A stretch of DNA of 64,000 nucleotides from Dictyostelium discoideum (taxonomy: Eukaryota). Within the stretch, counting starts at the first letter, position 1. The number at the start of each line of letters is the position of its first letter. Shown here piece after piece: positions 42,466 to 57,136 of this stretch. Position numbers and translations under genes: made by a program. The stretch covers positions 7,584,001-7,648,000 of the forward strand of contig CM000151.3 in the NCBI GenBank assembly GCA_000004695.1. The letters run 5' to 3'. Below the pieces are notes generated by a model. The model saw only the letters and a program-made list of their open reading frames with translations. It was not told the origin of the DNA and made no database searches.

Positions 42466-43354
42466 TTTAAATAATAATAATAATAGTGAAAGTGTATAAA
42501 ACGATTAATGAAAAAAGAAAATAAAAAAATAAAAAAAAAATTAAAAATGAAAAAAAAAAAAAAATAAAAAAAAAAAAAAATAAAAAAAAAATTTAAAAAT
42601 AATATTTTTGATAAATTTAAAAAAACGAACTATGTTAGGGGATCGAGTTTGTTGTAATATTTAACTTCAGTTTTTTTTCTTTAAATAGATAAAAAAAAAT
42701 TTTAAAAAAATTAAAAATAATTAAAAATAGTAAATAATTTAAGTCTTTATTATTTTTTTTTTCAATTAATTTTCTCATATTAATTAAAAAATAGGGATAT
42801 GTTTTTTTTTTTTTATTTTTATTTTTTTTATTTTTATTCAAAAATAGTAAAATAAATATGAACAAAAATTCAAATTACTAACAAAACTATTTTTAGCTAG
42901 AAGGAGTAAGATTGGGAAACTTTATATCTTAAAAAATTTTAAATTTAAATAAATAAAAATAATTAATTTTTTTTTTATTTTAAAGAAGTTGAAGAATGTT
43001 TGAGAATGAAGATTTTTTTAAAGGTTTTTTTTGTTTTCCCACCAATAACGTTATTTTTTTTCCCAGTTTTTTATAATTTGAAATTAAAATAAAAAAAAAA
43101 AAAATAATTAAAATTAATTACCATCCTAATAAAATTTGTAAAAAAGACAATCCTTTTTTTGATTTTTGGAAATTTAAAAATCAAAAAATCTGAAATTCCG
43201 AAAAAAAAAAAAAAAAAAAAACTTTACCTGGGTGGGTAACGATTTTTTTTTTTTTTTTAATTTAAAAAAAAAGTATAAAAGGATTTTTTTTTTTTTTAAT
43301 TGTATTATTAACGTTACCAACAAAACTAAAAACAAACAAACAAATAAATATATA

Positions 43355-43360
43355 AATATA

Positions 43361-43451
<91 letters not shown>

Positions 43452-43452
43452 A
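43355..43452. repeat. (AAAT)n microsatellite, about 24 copies
   Basis: Perfect aaat repeats immediately upstream of the ATG at 43453. Confidence 0.95.
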
Positions 43453-43827
43453 ATGAATCAACAAGAATTAATTGAAGAAATAAATAAAATTGAAAGTTGT
43501 TCATTAGTGTTTGAAAGATTTTTTGGTTATTTACCAAACGATATTAAAGAAAGAAAACAATATATTCTCAAATTTAATAAAACTTTAAAAGATGAAAAAA
43601 GAAAATTAAAATGTAAAAAGACATTTAAAGGTGAAAAAAAAAATAAAAAACAAACCTTTTTAAAACATCACCAATCTGATGACCATTCAGAAAACAAGGT
43701 TTATAAAAGTAAAAAATTAGAAAAGAAAATTCAACAACTAAATAAAAAAAAACAACTCATTGATACAAAAATTAACTTTTTAAAAGAAATCAAAGAATCC
43801 AATAAAATTAATAAATCTAAAATATGA
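43453..43827 (+). CDS. small Lys-rich, probably coiled-coil protein (124 aa), hypothetical
   Basis: ORF MNQQELIEEINKIESCSLVFERFFGYLPNDIKERKQYILKFNKTLKDEKRKLK.... Composition is less biased than the surrounding non-coding DNA. No homology recognised. Confidence 0.3.
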   Translation: MNQQELIEEINKIESCSLVFERFFGYLPNDIKERKQYILKFNKTLKDEKRKLKCKKTFKGEKKNKKQTFLKHHQSDDHSENKVYKSKKLEKKIQQLNKKKQLIDTKINFLKEIKESNKINKSKI

Positions 43828-43912
43828 TAAAATAAATAAAACTCTATATTTTAATTTTGTTATTTAATTTTTTTAATTTTATTATTTTATTTATTTTTTT
43901 ATTTTTGATTAT

Positions 43913-46900
43913 TTAATTAACATATAAAGAAGAAGTGAAAACGATATCTCTTTTAATTAATCTCATTGCTTCTTCCATTTTTTGAAGTAATTTAGTATCA
44001 CCGATTACTCTAGCAGCATTTCTAACTTCTTGACAAGTTTCACCGATTCTAGTGATAGCACGAACGATTGAACCTTCTAAAACATTTGTGAGTGTACAAA
44101 TATCATTGAAAGGTGTACCTCTAGCCCATTCGTACACAACTTGCATAAGACCAAATTTAAGAGTTGTTTCTAATTTATCATCAGGTACAACATCTAAACC
44201 TTTATCAGATTCTACTTTATAAGTTTTTTCAGCAGTTTTGATAAGATTTTGTTTTGCTTCTTCTAAACGTGGTGTAAGTGAAGGTTGAACAGCATCCTTT
44301 TCTTGGAATATTAAACAAGATAAAACCGATACAACTTCTGAAGGTTCTAAATTGATGAAAGCATTTTCAAAGATTAATTCAGTGATAACTAAATCCTCGC
44401 AAGTGTTAATCTCTCTTGAAACACGTCCTTTCAAAGTGACAGTATTCTCATCATCAATATAACCCAACTCGTGTAAAATATCTAATCTGATATTAAATTG
44501 TGGCATTAATTTCAAATTTTCATCGGATGCTGTGTATTTAGCATCACGAATTGCGTATTGTAATTGATAACGTTTTTCAGTTTGTTCATAATGGTCATGT
44601 AATCTTGGACATTTATGGCATTTACTCTCTGGTATTAATTTTTCAATCGATTGTAAATGATCATAGGTTGAGACGAAATCAACATCTTTCAATTTCAATT
44701 GTTTAATTGGGTCAATTGATTTTGGACCTAATGGTAATGGATACTCTTCAATTAATCTCAATAATTGTTGCTCTAATGAGTTTATTAAAATTTCACTTTC
44801 ACCACCACTTTCAGCACCTGCTAAAATTGATTTCAAATCACTTTGTTTCAATTGTAATTTTTCATTACAAACTTTCATAATTTCTTTACCACCTGATGAT
44901 GTAATAATTTCATTACCAACACAAAGTACAATATCATTTTCAATCTTTAATTTTAAAGAGAAAATCTTAAATACTCTATCAACTTTTGTATTTGTATATT
45001 GCTTTATCAAAGTTGATTTACATTCTAAAATTAAACCAATTGTATATTTTTCATTTTCAAATATTTCATCATCATCATTATTATCATCATCATCATCATC
45101 ATCATCATTGACTTCTTTTTCAATATTTGATGATGTTGATAAAACTACAACTCTACCAATACTTAAATGATTATCATTTGGTAAATTTAAAATTATATTT
45201 TGAATTTGTTGATTATATTTCTTTGCTTGTGAGAATAGTTTATAATAATGATCAATATCAGGTTCACCCAAGATACAATCGACTTGAGCCAATTGTTTTT
45301 GTTGTTGTTGTAACTTTTCAATTTGTTTTTCAATACCTGGTAATTCTTTTTGAGATGAAAATTCTGAAAATGATCGTTTAATCATATCTTCAACTTTGAA
45401 ATCTGGTACTCTAAGTAAATTTAAAATCATATTATAAGTTAGACGGAATTGACTGTTTAATCTTGACGGAGTGCCGAGTATCATTGATTCGATTGTAGCT
45501 TGTTCTGGTATGTCTTTCCAATAGGTGATGATTACAGTACCAACTTTATCCAAACCTCTTCTACCTGCTCTACCAGACATTTGAGTATACTCACCTGGTA
45601 TTAAATCTCTGAAAGTGATACCATCATGTTTTCTAGTACTACTATAAACCACGGTTTTAGCAGGCATATTCACACCCATTGCAAATGTTTCTGTTGCAAA
45701 TAAAACCTTGACTAAACTCTTTGAGAATAAAATCTCAACCAATTCCTTCACGATTGGTAATAAACCACCATGATGAACACCAATACCACGTTCTAATAAT
45801 TCTTTCATTTGTAAGATTTGTGGTAAACTTTTATCATCTTCACAGAGTCTACCTAATGATTGTTCAATGAAAACTCTAATTTGACTCTTTTCATTACCTT
45901 GAGTTAAATTAACCGATTGTCCTAAACTACCAGCATACTCTTGACATTTATTCTTACTAAATGAAAATATAATAACTGGTAATTGTTGTTTATCTTTTAA
46001 TGTATTAATTAATTTTGACCAACCACTTATATTATTACCACTACCACCTCTTTGTTGTTGTTGTTGATTATGACCACCTCTACCACCACCTCCACCACCT
46101 TTATTATTATCTGTTTTATATAATGAATTATATGCAGAATTATAACCTGATGGTAAAAAATTTCTATTTGAATCTACAATTTTAAATAATTCATTTGAAG
46201 GTGTATGAATATAATGTTCTAATGGAATAGGACGTTTAGTTGTACCAATTACATAGATTGGTAATTGTTTAGTTCTACCAATCCATTGTGCAAATTCTAA
46301 TGGATTTGAAACTGTTGCTGATAAGAACACCATTTTCACATATGGTGGTAACATAATGATAACCTCCTCCCAAACCACACCCCTTTCTAAATCATTTAAA
46401 TAATGAACCTCATCGAAAATCACCCATTCAATATCTCTAATTAAATCAGCACCTTTATATAACATTGATCTTAAAATCTCTGTAGTCAATACTAAACAAC
46501 TACTCGAGGGTGAAATTGATACGTCACCAGTGATCAAACCAACATCGTTGAATGTATTTTTAAAATCTCTAAACTTTTGATTTGATAATGCTTTAATTGG
46601 CGACGTATAGATTGCTCTCGTCATATTCTTTGCAGCCATCGCAATTGCATATTCAGCAATCACAGTCTTACCAGCTGATGTATGTGCTGTAATAAACACA
46701 GACTCCCCTTGCTCCATATGAACGATAGCTTGTTTTTGAAATGAATCCAAATCAAATGGATACTCTATAGCTGGATTGGTTATTAAATCTGATAATGGTG
46801 AAGTTATCTCTTTCTGTTCCAAAAATGCCCACTGTTTCTCTTTTTTACTCTCTTCTTCTTTTCTCTTTGTTTCTTCTTCAATTTCAATTTCAATTTTATT

Positions 46901-47188
46901 TTTATCTTTTAATGTTGTTGACGATGATGATGATGAAGTTGATAATGATGATGAGGTTGGTTGAGGCGGTGATTTAATAATATCATCAATTTCTTCCTTT
47001 GTTTTTTCAATATCATCCAATTCATCCAATTCCTCTTCTTCAATATCTAAATCATCTTCTTGATCATCATCTTCATAAACTTCAGCTTCCTCAGCTTCTT
47101 CTCTCTTTCTTTCTTCTTCAATTTCTCTTTCTAAATCTTTTAATGTATATCTTAAATTAACTTCTTCTTCTTCTTCTTTTTCCTTTTC

Positions 47189-47251
<63 letters not shown>

Positions 47252-48171
47252 GTTATCTTGTTTATTAATATTTTCATTAAAATCTAAAATACCATTATCT
47301 AAACCAGGTGGTTTAACTAATAATGATTTTGAATGCCAAAATTGTACCCAATCAATTGGTGTTTGATTATTATTATTAGTACTATTAGTACTATTGTTAT
47401 TAGGTGATTTTATACCGCCAGGTAAAAATGGTAAATTTGAAGTATTACCACGATGAAAATTATCTTTTGATATTGAATTACTCCATGGTCTATCTAATGA
47501 AGTTGAATTTGAAGAAGTTTTTTCAGTATTTAAGAAAACTTCATGATAGTTTGTAATTGAAATTGAATATTGAATCTTATCAATAACCAATTCAACTGTT
47601 GAACATGGAATTGATAATGTACGCTCTGCAAGTAATTTAAAATCCCAACTATCAGTATCAATATTTCTTGGCCATATTAAATATGATTGTCTCTTTTGTT
47701 CATCATCATCATTCAATTTATGACTTTCAATTGAAAAATCTAAATATTCTCTTCTTATATCTGATAATATTTCTTCTTTATCTGAAAAATTAAATAATTG
47801 GATACACTTTTTTTTAAAAAAAAAAATAAAAAAAAATAAAAAAATTAAAAAAATAAAAAAATTAAAAAAATAAAAAAAATAAAAAATTAGTTTATTTATA
47901 TAATAAATAATAATAAAAATAATCTTACATTATTTGGAATGGTTGGTGAAATTATTGATGATTGAGGAGCAATTGGTGTAATTTCAGGTTGAGCTGATAA
48001 ACCTGTAGGATTTACATACCAATTTGGTAAATCAAAGGATTCTACATTTGTGTTATTACTATTATTTTTAATACTACTATTTGATTTATTTACTGGTGTA
48101 GTGTTTGTTGATGTTATATTTTCTAAATTATTTAATTCTTCTAAAAATGAATCAATGTTTAATTCTATCAT
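43913..48171 (-). CDS. SKI2-type DExH-box RNA helicase (SKIV2L ortholog); 2 exons (48171..47929, 47806..43913), about 1378 aa
   Basis: Helicase core matches yeast Ski2/human SKIV2L: FDLDSFQKQAIVHMEQGESVFITAHTSAGKTVIAEYAIAMAAKNMTRAIYTSPIKALSNQKFRDF...LVLTTEILRSMLYKGADLIRDIEWVIFDEVHYLNDLERGVVWEEVIIMLPPYVKMVFLSATVSNPLEFAQWIGRTKQLPIYVIGTTKRPIPLEHY. The N-terminal LPFLPGGIK matches yeast LPFTPGGIP. Exon 1 (MIELNIDSFLEELNNLENIT...IPNN) ends at GTAAGA (47928). Exon 2 starts after aaaaaaaag (AG 47808/47807) with CIQLFNFSDKEEILSD.... The listed ORF start is a TTG read as Met. Poly-Q (47190-47250) and acidic inserts sit outside the motifs. Confidence 0.85.
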
Positions 48172-48221
48172 TTTTAAATAAATAAATAAAAAACTTGATG
48201 AATTAAAATTGAAGAGTGAAG

Positions 48222-48256
<35 letters not shown>

Positions 48257-48257
48257 G

Positions 48258-48298
<41 letters not shown>

Positions 48299-48372
48299 GG
48301 ATTTAAAGGGGATATTTTATTTATTTATTTATTTATTGGATATTTACAGCTGTTGACCAAAATTAAATGGAA

Positions 48373-49095
<723 letters not shown>

Positions 49096-49366
49096 CTTTA
49101 AAATTATAATTTAATAATTGGAGAATAAAAATAAAAATAATAAAATAAAATAAAATAAAAAAATAAAAAATTAAAATAAAAAATAAAAAATTTTAAAAAA
49201 ATTAATATGTTTTTAAGAAGAAAAAAAATAATAATAAAATAATAAAATATAATTTTTAAATATTTATAAAAAAAATAAATAAATAATAAATTAATATTCT
49301 ACTTTACATTTTTTTTATAAAAGAATAAAAATAAAAAGTAAAAATAATTATTTTTATTAAATATGG

Positions 49367-49399
<33 letters not shown>

Positions 49400-50101
49400 A
49401 AAGTGTGAAAAAAAAAAAAAAAAAAAAAAAATTACCAAATAAAATATATTTTTTAGAACTCTAAGATGATTTAAAAATCTTTCAACATACAATATAATTT
49501 ATTGGTTGTTTTTTTTTTTCTAATAATTTTTTTGATTTTTATTTCCCAATTATTAAATGGTTCAGAAAAAAAAAAAAAAAAAAAAAAAAAGAAAAGTTTA
49601 AAAAGTTAATACCATACTTAAAAAAATAAAAAAAAAATAAAATTTTTAAAAAAACAAAATAATGATAATGGATTATTATTGGGCCACCTTTTATTCTTGC
49701 TTATTGAAGCAACAAATTAATACTAAAAACATAATTTTTGAGAAAAAATAAAAAACACTAAATAAAAAAGCGATAATTATGAGAAATAAACACCCAACCT
49801 ATTTTTAAAAATTCCAAAGTGAACCGATCATTTCAATGTTAATAACTATTTTTTTCTTTTTTCTTCAAATCACAAGAATTGTTAACAAATTTGCGAATGT
49901 GTTGGCTCTTGGCCAATGACAAGCATTTTTTTTAAAAAAAAAAAAAATAAAAAAAATTCAAAAAAAAAAAAATTTTAAAAATGCAACTATCGTTATAGGC
50001 CTCAAATAAAAAAAAAAAAAAAAAAAAAAAAGAAAAAAAAAATGATGGTTTGCTCACGAATTTTGGACTTGCATGAAATTTTTATTGTTTGACTAAAAAA
50101 A

Positions 50102-50134
<33 letters not shown>

Positions 50135-50313
50135 TTCTTTTTTTTTTTTTTTTCTCTGGTTGTTATTAATTTTGATTTTTAAAGATTTAAATCAAAATGA
50201 CAATAGTGTTGTACCATCTATAGACTTACACAAAATTAATAAAATAAATTTAATTTTTTTTTTTTTTTTATGCACATCAATTTTTATTTATTTTTTTTTT
50301 AAAATAACAATTT

Positions 50314-53093
50314 TTATTGTATGATAGTACTTTTAACTTCACTTTGATTTTCATTTTCATTTTGATTTTCTTTATTATCATTAAAAATTAATGGTTTTAT
50401 AGTTGAATCATTTGTAAAAGCAATTGAATAAACATCAGAATAATAATCTACCAAATAAATTTCAATACCTTCTTTAATGAAATCTGGAATTTCTTCCAAT
50501 TGTTTTTTATTCTCTTTTGGAATGATAATGGTTTTAATGGATTCCCTTTTAGCCAAAACTATTTTTTCAACAATACCAGATACACCAATGACCTTTCCAG
50601 TTAGACTAACTTCACCTACCATAGCAAGATCAGGTTTAACCAATTTACCAGTTGCCAATGATAATAATGATGAAACGATTGTAATACCAGCACTTGAGAT
50701 ATCTTTTTGAGTTGAACCATCTGGAGCATGAATATGAATTGAATTCTTGAGGAAATAATCATTTGAGGCATCCACTTTCAAAAGGAAATCCTTAACATAA
50801 CTATAGGATATATCAATGGATTCTCTCATTACCAAACCGAGTGAACCGGTTGTTGTTACGGTTGGACCATTGGTAAATCTATCCAAAGCGCTTTCAATAT
50901 GAATTAAACTACCACCTAAACCCATAACAATGCCTGGTTTTTGTTTTTGGAATAAACGACTTGATGGATATTTGATAGGACCCACATATTGTTCCAAATT
51001 GTCTGGTGTTATAATTACACTTTGTTCCATACCCATCGAGAGTTTATATGCCATCTTTCTGAATATTTTATCAATGAATTTCTTTAAATTTCTAACACCC
51101 GCCTCCCTACAATAGAGTTCGCAAAGCTTCTTAATTGCCTCTGGTGTGAATTGCAATTGCTCCTCGGAGATACCGGTTTCCTTACGTACCAATGGAAGGA
51201 GGTAACGTTTTGCAATCTCCATTTGTTCAGATTGAATATAGCCATTCAATGTCATAACTTCCATTCTATCCAATAGTGGAGCTGGTATTGAATCGGCATC
51301 ATTGGCAGTACAAATGAAAAGTACCCTTGAAAGATCATAAGGTACATCCAAATAGTAATCCACGAAATTCTTATTCTGTTGTGGGTCCAATACTTCCAAA
51401 AGTGCTGAATTTGGGTCACCTTGTGAAGAACGAGAGATCTTGTCAATCTCGTCGATTAGAATAACGGGATTTGAAGTTTTAACGGTTTTCAAAGCTTGAA
51501 TGATTTTACCTGGCATCGATGCTACATAAGTACGACGATGTCCTTTAATCTCTGAAACATCGGATAAACCACCCACTGAAATACGATGGAATTGACGACC
51601 CAATGCATTTGCTATCGATTTACCAACTGATGTCTTACCGGTACCCGGTGGTCCCACCAATAGAATCACTTTACCCCCAATGGAACCTCTCAATTTACCA
51701 ACTGCAATAAAAGTTTGAATCATTTCTTTAATATCTTTTAAACCATAATGATCTCTATCTAATATCTCTTTAACCTTTGAAATGTCGAAATTATCATTTG
51801 TGTATACATTCCATGGTAACAATGTCATCCAATCCAAATAATTTCTAGAGGTATTATATTCTGATGAATTTGATTCACAACTTGATAACTTATCCATCTC
51901 CTCTTTAAAAACTTGTAAGATTTGTTTATCCATTACGGCAATCTCTTTCCATCTACTATTAAATTTATTCTTTATTGTCTCTTTTTCATCCAAATCAATT
52001 CCCAACTCCTTTCTAATTAATTTCATTTGTTCGGTTAAAAAATATTTTTTTTGTTGTGCCATTGTTTTTTCTTCTAATTGTCTAACATATAAAAATAAAA
52101 AAAATAAAAATATTAATTTTTTGTTACTCTGCTTTTTTTTCAAAAATTAAAACATATTAATATTTACTTTTCAATTGAAAAATTGAAATCAAAAACTTCA
52201 CATTTTTTAACAAGCATTGATAAAACCATATTTAATTTCTCTTCTAAACTTTTACATTCTAATAGTTTTTGATATTCACTTGGTGAAGAGATACACAATG
52301 GACCAATTGAATTTAGTAAACTTGAATCATCCATTTTAAATATTGGTAACATACAAATTTGTTTTAAATGTTGAGCAAAACTGGAATCTTGATATCTATT
52401 GATAGCACTATAAATACATTTTACCAATTGAAGTCTTAATGCTCTAACGGTCAAAGAATCACCTAGTTCACTATATTCATGTGGTTCAATTGAAACTTTT
52501 AAATATTTACTTGTTGGTATTTGTGGTACAACTGGTGTAGTTATTGGTGTTATTGATGTTGATGGTGTTGTTGTTGTTGTTGTTGTTGAATCTGATGTAT
52601 CATTTTTTGATTCAGTAATTTCAACTAAATTTGAATTATTATTATCATGATCATTTGAAACACCAGTAATTTCAATTATTGGGCCACCACCTAATACGAA
52701 ATAACCTTGTGTTCGACAGACTGTTGCCAACATACCAACTTTATGAATTTTTGATAGATCAGGTGTGCCATGGGAAAAGGTTGTAAAATTTGATTTTGGT
52801 TTTGATGGTGGTTTAGATTTTGATGCCTCTTGCGATTTCAATTCCTCCATATGTACTTCCCTTTCAGCATCAGAAATTAAAAATAACCCGAAATGAGTTG
52901 GTGATCCCATCTCCCTATACTCTGCTTCTGATAATGTGAGTTGTACATATGATCCGTAAAATACTACATAATCAGTTATTGGTAGTGCTATAACCTGTTT
53001 GGGAATATATGACGCTAATGATGCTGGTGATGATGGTGATGGTAATGGTGGTGGTGGTGGTGGCAGTGGGGATGGTAGTGACGAAGCTGCACT
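50314..53093 (-). CDS. mitochondrial-type Lon protease (LONP1 ortholog), 3' two exons (53093..52168, 52081..50314); N-terminal exon(s) not resolved
   Basis: Colinear with human LONP1: [21 protein letters not shown] (N-domain LPLIAITRNPVFP...), [17 protein letters not shown], the NYLDWMT motif, Walker [28 protein letters not shown], the sensor [11 protein letters not shown], and the protease-domain [55 protein letters not shown]. The intron runs GTAAAT (52167) ... atatgttag (AG 52083/52082), phase 2+1. In frame, the upstream exon is closed by TAG at 53096-53094. Further upstream, a different frame stays open through K/S-rich sequence and an (AAT)64 tract (53393-53583). Confidence 0.8.
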
Positions 53094-53376
53094 CTACACT
53101 GCATTAACACCACCCCCCACTCTTGCTACTACTTCTACTTTTACTATTTAATTTTTCTTTTTTCTGTTTTTGAACTTTCTTTGAAACATTTTCTTCTTCA
53201 GTATCTATCCCTTTATCTGTAGCTCTACTTTTTAATAACTGATTTAAATTTTTTGTTTTTACTTTATATTTTTTATTTAATTGATTTCCTGTGGAAGTAT
53301 TATTGGTATATATTTTATTTAAAATTTTATTTGTATTTTTTTTTTTATTATTTATTTTATTTATTTTATCATTTCC

Positions 53377-53583
<207 letters not shown>

Positions 53584-54785
53584 GGTATTTGAAAAAGTCG
53601 AATATGATTTTAAAAATTCTTTTGGTTTATATATATAATTTACATAGGTTATTGTATTTGTTGTTGAAAAAGGGATTAAAGTGTTTGTTGGATTTTAACC
53701 AAGTAAATTTAACATTTTCCGTTTTTTTTTTTTTTTTTTTTTTTTTGGATTTGGTTTTTTTTATTTGGATTTGGTTTTTTTTTTTTTTTTTTTTTTTGAA
53801 AAGAAATTTAATTAAAAAAAAAAAAAAATTTTAATTTTAAATTAAATTTGAAGATGAAAATATAAGTTTATTTTATTTTTTTTTTATTTTTTTTTTTGTT
53901 TTCACATCAAAATTTTTTTTTTTTTTTTTTTTTTCTCATTAATCATTTTTTTTTATATTAAATATTATTTAAACTCTTAATTAAATTATTTTTTATTTTT
54001 ATATTTTTTATATTTCGAAATATAAATAAATATTTATTTATTTTTTCAAAAAAATTTTTAAATTTTTTCTTTTATTAATTTTTATTTGTATTTGGGAGTT
54101 TATTTCAATCAAAACTGAAGTTCGAGCGACCATTTTTTTATTTTTTTGAAAAAAAAAAAAAAATTAAAAAAAAATTAAAAATTTGACGAATTTTTTTTTT
54201 TTTTTTTAATTTTATTTTTTTTTTTTTTTTTATTTTTTTTCTTTTTTTTTTTTTTCAATTTTTTTTTCAATAAGTTGTATACATAAAGTATGTGTATTTT
54301 TTTTTTTTTTTGTGATACGCTATGAAAAGAGCGAGGGAGAGAGATTAGTGTATGTTATAGGATCACATGTCAAGCTATTGGTTATAGAAAAAGAAATTGA
54401 AAAATAATAATAAATAAATAAATAAAAAAACAATCAACATCTCATATAAAAAAAAAAGATAAATACCATCATAAATCCAAAAAAACAATTATCAACACAT
54501 CCTCAGCAATGAAAATAAAATAACTGGTTTTTTTTTTTTTTTTTTTTTAAAAATAAAAAAAAAGTCCATCATTTTATTTTATAAAACAAATCAATATTGA
54601 ACAAACATAATAAATGATTGCCACCACAACTTCACAATGAAATCAAAAAAAATTTTTATAAAAAAAAAAAAAATAAAAAAAATAAAATAAAACAAAATAA
54701 AAATAATAATAATAATAATAACACATTAATAATAACAATCAATAGCTTAAAACACATACAAAAATCTCTCACTCTCTTCGCTGGT

Positions 54786-54816
<31 letters not shown>

Positions 54817-54954
54817 GATATTTATTTCTGAAAAAAAAAAAAATAAAATAAAAAAAAAAAAAATTTTTTAAAAAAAAAAAAAAAAGAAAAAAAGAGAAAA
54901 GTAAAAGAAATATTAATTATTTATTTTATTATTAAAATATAGTTAATATTAAAA

Positions 54955-55970
<1,016 letters not shown>

Positions 55971-56019
55971 ATATACTCATTATTTTCTTAATGATGTGAC
56001 TTCAATTCGGTCATTTTCT

Positions 56020-56064
<45 letters not shown>

Positions 56065-56819
56065 GTAATATAAATAATATTAATCATGTATATATTGTCC
56101 ATTCATATGTACATGTATTTAATATTTGTTAAATAATATCTAAATTAATAATAACAAAAAAACAAAAAAAAAAAATTAACAAAAAAATAAAATAAAAATA
56201 AAAAACCTTTAATATAGTAAAATAAAAAAAAAAAACAAAATATCAATATGCATTTATATATAAAAAGTCTTTGAATTATTTATTATTTCACAACTATTAA
56301 AGATAATAATTGATAATTTTTTTATTTCATTTTTTTTTTTTTTAATTCTCAAAAATTTAAATTTAAAAAAAAGAGCATTCTGGAAATTACTTTCCAAGTT
56401 TTTTTTTAAAAAAAAAATAGACTTTAAAAGTTGTTTAAGATGTATATGTTTTATATTTTTAAAAATTATTAACCATTTCCAAGTTTCAAAAAAAAAAAAA
56501 GTTTAAAAATATAATAATATAAATAATTTATTTATTTTATTTGAAAAAATAAGGTCTACAAGAATGCCCATTTTTTTTTTTTTCAGTTAAGAAACCTACC
56601 AAATAATAAAAGTGTTTTTCAACCACCAAATATTTTTATTTTATTTTATTTTTTTTTTTTTATTTTTTCTCACACACCACACTTGATTTGGGAGTAAAAT
56701 ATTAAAATTAAAAACAAAGTAAATTCTATGATTGGTAGTTCTTTACACCTATTTTAATTAAGTTTTTTTTTTATTTTTTTATTTTTTTATTTTTTTTTTA
56801 TTTTTATTTTAAATAATAT

Positions 56820-56877
<58 letters not shown>

Positions 56878-56935
56878 AATTTAATCTTTTAAAAAAAAAC
56901 CTCAAACCAATAAAAAAAAAAAAAATTTATACCTA

Positions 56936-56977
<42 letters not shown>

Positions 56978-57136
56978 TTACCAATCTAATAAAAAAATAA
57001 ATTTAATATAAAACAAAATATTAATTTAAAATTAATTTTTATAAAAAAAAAAAAAAAAAAAAAAAAAATAGTAAATTGAATTAATTACTATTTTGCTTTT
57101 TTTTTTTTTTTAAAAAAAAAAGTAAATTAACTCATA

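Noticed and set aside
46776-46977. Two plus-strand ORFs inside SKI2
   Set aside because: Antisense to the helicase coding sequence.
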